Of a DNA stretch of 64,000 bases, positions 60,384-64,000 are shown piece after piece. Positions within the stretch are counted from its first letter, which is position 1. Each line of letters begins with the position of its first letter. Under the pieces are notes generated by a model. It had not been told where the DNA came from. It did no database searches and worked only from the letters and a program-made list of their open reading frames with translations. The stretch is from a virus. Taxonomy: Duplodnaviria; Caudoviricetes. The position numbers and the translations under genes are program-made. The stretch lies in the IMG/VR virus record IMGVR_UViG_3300011560_000001, positions 96,001 through 160,000 of that record; one strand, 5' to 3'.

Positions 60384-61525
60384 TGCGAGACTTCAGTCGA
60401 AATAAAACGCCTGGGGTATTACGTGGAATCAATTTGTCGGATATTCACTTTATCCATCGTCAAACACCGACAGTGAATCTGATTAGCCAGCTACGTTATT
60501 ACATTACAAAAGAAGATCCTGCGCTGCTTGATGTGATTACGTTCAGTGGTGATGTCTTCGATCGTATCACGACGTTTGTGACGAGTGACGTGGTTGCTGT
60601 TCGTGCCTGGGGTACCTGGTTATTACGGTATGCAAGAAAACACGATATTACGTTGATCTTTCTTGAGGGTACCAACTTACACGACCAGAAGCAAAGTCAG
60701 TGGTTCGTTGAACAGAACGAGGTCATGGAGATAGGAGCGAAAGTTCGTTATTACGATGACCTCTGCATGGTTGATGAAGACTTTGGTTTAAAAGTACTTT
60801 ATCTTCCAGATAACTACAGCCACGACCCGGATGTGACGTTGTCGGCTGTGAACCGACTTATTGATGAGAAGGGATCGCCGGACTTCATTCTGATGCACGG
60901 TGCGTTTGAATATCAGCTTCCACCAGAAGCGTTAAAAGCGACATGTGTTCATAGCAGCGATGCGTATAACGCAATGGTGGAGAAGACCCAGGGATGGATC
61001 GTGAGCGGACATATTCACTTACAATCCCAGAAAGGACGTATCATGGTTGGTGGTTCGTTCGGTCGCTTGTCGCATGGCGAAGAAGGTCCAAAGGGGTACC
61101 TCCGTTATACGTTAACAGAATCGTTTAACGACCAATGGGAATTTGTTGAGAACAAGAAAGCAGATGTCTACAAGACGATAAAACTGCACGGTCTTGTTGG
61201 AGATGAAATCATTCGTGTGTTGGAACGGGAATTGGCTCCATTGAAGAAGGGTGATCACATCCGAATACGTTGTGATAAGGAAGACGACGCAGCGAAAACG
61301 TTTCGTTCTATTCCTTCTTTGTATCCAGGTTTTATCTGGACAATTAAAACGGACGCCAAGAACAACCAGTCGTTATTAAAGAACAGTTTTGTCAATAACG
61401 TTATCGAGAAAGGTGGGGACTTGACAAAGGACAACGTTAAGCGTTTGTTGGTCGAACGCATCCGTAATAAATACCCGAACGTTGATGCCTTAAAGGTTTC
61501 TGCTTGGCTTGATACGTTGCCATGA
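60383..61525 (+). CDS. sbcD: SbcD/Mre11-like metallophosphoesterase nuclease
   Basis: SDIH, GDVFD, GTNLHD, MHG and GHIH calcineurin-like motifs; GSF.RL.HGEE. Confidence 0.82.
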   Translation: MRDFSRNKTPGVLRGINLSDIHFIHRQTPTVNLISQLRYYITKEDPALLDVITFSGDVFDRITTFVTSDVVAVRAWGTWLLRYARKHDITLIFLEGTNLHDQKQSQWFVEQNEVMEIGAKVRYYDDLCMVDEDFGLKVLYLPDNYSHDPDVTLSAVNRLIDEKGSPDFILMHGAFEYQLPPEALKATCVHSSDAYNAMVEKTQGWIVSGHIHLQSQKGRIMVGGSFGRLSHGEEGPKGYLRYTLTESFNDQWEFVENKKADVYKTIKLHGLVGDEIIRVLERELAPLKKGDHIRIRCDKEDDAAKTFRSIPSLYPGFIWTIKTDAKNNQSLLKNSFVNNVIEKGGDLTKDNVKRLLVERIRNKYPNVDALKVSAWLDTLP

Positions 61526-61544
61526 TAAGAAGGAGTTGTGGGGT

Positions 61545-62342
61545 ATGAGCGATATGTACGCCCGCACGCTAGGTGATTATCCTTTATCGGTGGGGACGTC
61601 AGCAACATTATCAGCAGTGCAGCACCAGCCAGAAACACCGATGGATTGGTTGTTCAACCTGCGTACTTTAGCGCGCAATTTTGTTGAAAGCTTTGAAGAC
61701 GTCGAGCAACATAAATTACCATTATCGATGATAACGGGGGATTTTCAAAACGAGTTGATGCAGCTGAGACAGTTGGTGAATGAACTCGTTCCCCATATTC
61801 GTTTGCGGATATATGCGCCAACCTATGCGTCAATAAAGCGTGTTTATCCGCACGCTATACACAAGGAGCCACACACCGAAAAACAAAAAGGACTCGCTAC
61901 ACTTTATCGTGGGTTGATGGCGTCTGTAGATCGACTCCCTAATATCGAATCGATGGATTGTAAATTACCCACGATAACCAAAACATCGTATATCACCACG
62001 CACTATGTTTCTGACTTGTTGGCAAGAACCGGTTTTGGTGAACTTATTTTGGTAGAGAGTCATACCGGAACTTTGAAACGAAAACATCAGTGGTCAACCA
62101 AACTTACTGGTGGGGATCGTCCAGAGGTTGCGAACCTCCCATTTACAAAGATGACATTGGGAACGTTCGGTGACCAAGCCGTACAGTTTAACAGCGGACC
62201 GGTGAAAATAAAAAGGATGCTGTTAGATCTTGCGAAACAGAGTCAGTGGAATCCGTTAACAACGGAAGACCGTACACGCTTTGGTGTCAACCAGTTACGC
62301 GACCCCTTCGCAAAACGTTTTCTGTTGGACATGTTCCGCTGA
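61545..62342 (+). CDS. Conserved phiKZ-like hypothetical protein
   Basis: SD aaggag before ATG 61545; NLRTLARN, LVESHTG and LPF...FGD motifs. Confidence 0.7.
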   Translation: MSDMYARTLGDYPLSVGTSATLSAVQHQPETPMDWLFNLRTLARNFVESFEDVEQHKLPLSMITGDFQNELMQLRQLVNELVPHIRLRIYAPTYASIKRVYPHAIHKEPHTEKQKGLATLYRGLMASVDRLPNIESMDCKLPTITKTSYITTHYVSDLLARTGFGELILVESHTGTLKRKHQWSTKLTGGDRPEVANLPFTKMTLGTFGDQAVQFNSGPVKIKRMLLDLAKQSQWNPLTTEDRTRFGVNQLRDPFAKRFLLDMFR

Positions 62343-62415
62343 GGCTGTAATTTTTAACTAATATTAACTATCATCTGAACCAGAAATTGATTCACACTAC
62401 GTAACGAGGCTGAAA

Positions 62416-63204
62416 ATGAGCAATTGGAATTCGGGCAGTAAACCACAAGGAAACATTATTCCTACGGCTTACGACGACAACAACTGGAAACTGTGGGCGG
62501 ACGAAAAAGTTGAGGGCGGTAATTCAGTCCCCTCACTGAAAATTAGCGTTGCTAAGAATCAACCGCGTATCACGGTTTATACAGGTCGTAAAGACCAGCA
62601 GGGTCGCGCTGAAAGCATTTGGGCGCGCATGAGTTCATACGCGTTCTATAACCTGCTTGCGATCCTCGAGCAGGTTGCTAAGGGTAAACCAGGTCAACGC
62701 TTTGCGATGAAGAACGAAAAGGTTATTGATGATCGCAATAACCCAGGTAAGAAGAAACAGATTACCGAAAGTACAACGTGGGTTGGTAAGAATGATGATG
62801 GTTCGGTATACATCGCTGTAACAGCATACCAGAAACCAAACATCCAGTTCGTATTCAAACCACCACGTTTCCACTCTCTGGTTGATGAGTCTGGGCAACC
62901 TTTGCAGATCGGGGTTGTTTCTCCGCTTTGTGCATTGGAATTCGTACGCATCCATCGTGCGGTGTTGCCAAGCATCCTCGCAACCAATTTCGATGGTGAG
63001 AGCCGTAGCGTAAACAATGGCAACAACAGCTATAATCGCAACAATAATAACGGCGGCGGTAACCGTAATGCTGGTAACGGCCAGCACAACGGTAACTCTA
63101 ACGCATCACGTTCGGCCCCAGCTGCCCCTGATACCCGTTGGGATGCACCAAGCGCAAATGACGACGATGATCCGTCTGTAGCCTTTGATGGCTTAGCGTT
63201 CTAA
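62416..63204 (+). CDS. Hypothetical protein with SSB-like architecture
   Basis: Folded N-terminal part, Asn/Gly-rich linker, acidic-aromatic tail DDDDPSVAFDGLAF. Confidence 0.6.
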   Translation: MSNWNSGSKPQGNIIPTAYDDNNWKLWADEKVEGGNSVPSLKISVAKNQPRITVYTGRKDQQGRAESIWARMSSYAFYNLLAILEQVAKGKPGQRFAMKNEKVIDDRNNPGKKKQITESTTWVGKNDDGSVYIAVTAYQKPNIQFVFKPPRFHSLVDESGQPLQIGVVSPLCALEFVRIHRAVLPSILATNFDGESRSVNNGNNSYNRNNNNGGGNRNAGNGQHNGNSNASRSAPAAPDTRWDAPSANDDDDPSVAFDGLAF

Positions 63205-63343
63205 TAATGCTTCAGCTTCGCATTCTGAATCGAAGACTCAGAAGGTAACGCGAATACTTTCCGTTAGTGCAAGGTGTCTCGCTTCGGCGGGATGCCTTGC
63301 ATGCTGAGCGATAACTCAGCCGGAATCCAAAATTATTCACGCT

Positions 63344-63359
63344 TATATTACCTCTATGA
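63344..63359 (+). promoter_or_regulatory. Early-type promoter TATATTACCTCTATGA
   Basis: TATATTAC core with CTnnnTGA extension upstream of the gp68-like gene. Confidence 0.7.
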
Positions 63360-63446
63360 ACAAAGTCATAGAGGCGACATAAATGTTACCTTTGTGGTAG
63401 ACGTCACAGAAGACGTTTCAACAGGGAACCGCGAAAAGAGGTTGTT

Positions 63447-64000
63447 ATGCACATTGTGCCCGTCATTACGACGCAAGGCAAAGAAAAGCTGGATCACTAT
63501 CTCATCAAACATCGTGACGGACGTGCCGTGGAATTTTCAGGCCAAGGCTACATCAAGATTGATGGGGATATGGCTAGCAATCAGATGCGAGAGATTAATA
63601 AGTATCTCGCTTGGATAGAACAAAAGAACCCACGTCGAATCGACGACATCTTCGAAGGGTTCGTTAAAGCACGTGAAGCGATGGATAACTACATTGCTCC
63701 ACAGCAACAAATGGAGGAGTTGAGCCGCGCCGTTGGTGAAATTTACAAACCGATCGTCTATGAAGAGATTCTGGCGTTGTGTAATACCCCAGGTTGGGTA
63801 AAATTACCGCCAGACATGAAAACAACATTAGGTGAGGATGACATACCTGAGAAAACCTATTTACGAAACGATTACGTTGAGTTAACGGCGTTAGCGATCT
63901 ACGTCCGTCTGATGGTGCCGATTTGGGCGGAGTTTCTGATTGATGCAGGGAAAACGTACGGGACGGTACGTAAAGAAGAAGTGGCTATGTCGTTGATGTA
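63447..64000 (+). CDS. nvRNAP promoter-specificity subunit (phiKZ gp68-like), 3'-truncated
   Basis: Frame open from ATG 63447 (SD gagg) to the window end, absent from the ORF track; TYLRNDYVELTALAIYVRLMVPIWAEF motif; expected synteny. Confidence 0.7.
   Translation, partial: MHIVPVITTQGKEKLDHYLIKHRDGRAVEFSGQGYIKIDGDMASNQMREINKYLAWIEQKNPRRIDDIFEGFVKAREAMDNYIAPQQQMEELSRAVGEIYKPIVYEEILALCNTPGWVKLPPDMKTTLGEDDIPEKTYLRNDYVELTALAIYVRLMVPIWAEFLIDAGKTYGTVRKEEVAMSLM

Noticed and set aside
63274-63618. 114-aa ORF from the track
   Set aside because: Overlaps hairpins, a promoter and the better supported gp68-like frame starting at 63447
1-64000. tRNA/rRNA genes, integrase or transposase, alternative genetic code
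   Set aside because: No cloverleaf or rRNA signature seen by eye (tRNAscan not run); no recombinase motifs; genes read through normally in code 11 and the breaks are explained by introns

Overview
A 64-kb segment of a nucleus-forming jumbo phage (phiKZ-like, Chimalliviridae). From recall, the chimallin protein is near-identical to that of Escherichia phage Goslar; this needs confirming by alignment. The window holds a virion module (giant tail lysin with a GH19-type domain, virion RNAP beta and beta' subunits, prohead protease, tail sheath and tube, terminase large subunit), a block of hypothetical genes, PhuZ tubulin, a family-B DNA polymerase subunit, chimallin, the non-virion RNAP beta' subunit, an SbcD/Mre11 nuclease and the start of the gp68-like nvRNAP subunit. 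Three group I introns are readable from sequence. One (1583 nt) carries an HNH endonuclease and interrupts the vRNAP beta gene. The other two are ORF-less sister introns (350 and 357 nt) that bracket an 18-nt micro-exon encoding the catalytic DFDGD(A) motif of the nvRNAP beta' subunit, and the second appears to use a non-canonical C-G 5' splice site. Several intergenic regions fold into multi-stem RNAs, some with anti-Shine-Dalgarno-like C/U-rich loops, and a recurring hairpin+TATG(CCG) module and a TAYATTACCTnnnTGA promoter motif are present. All structures and splice sites were paired by eye and are untested.
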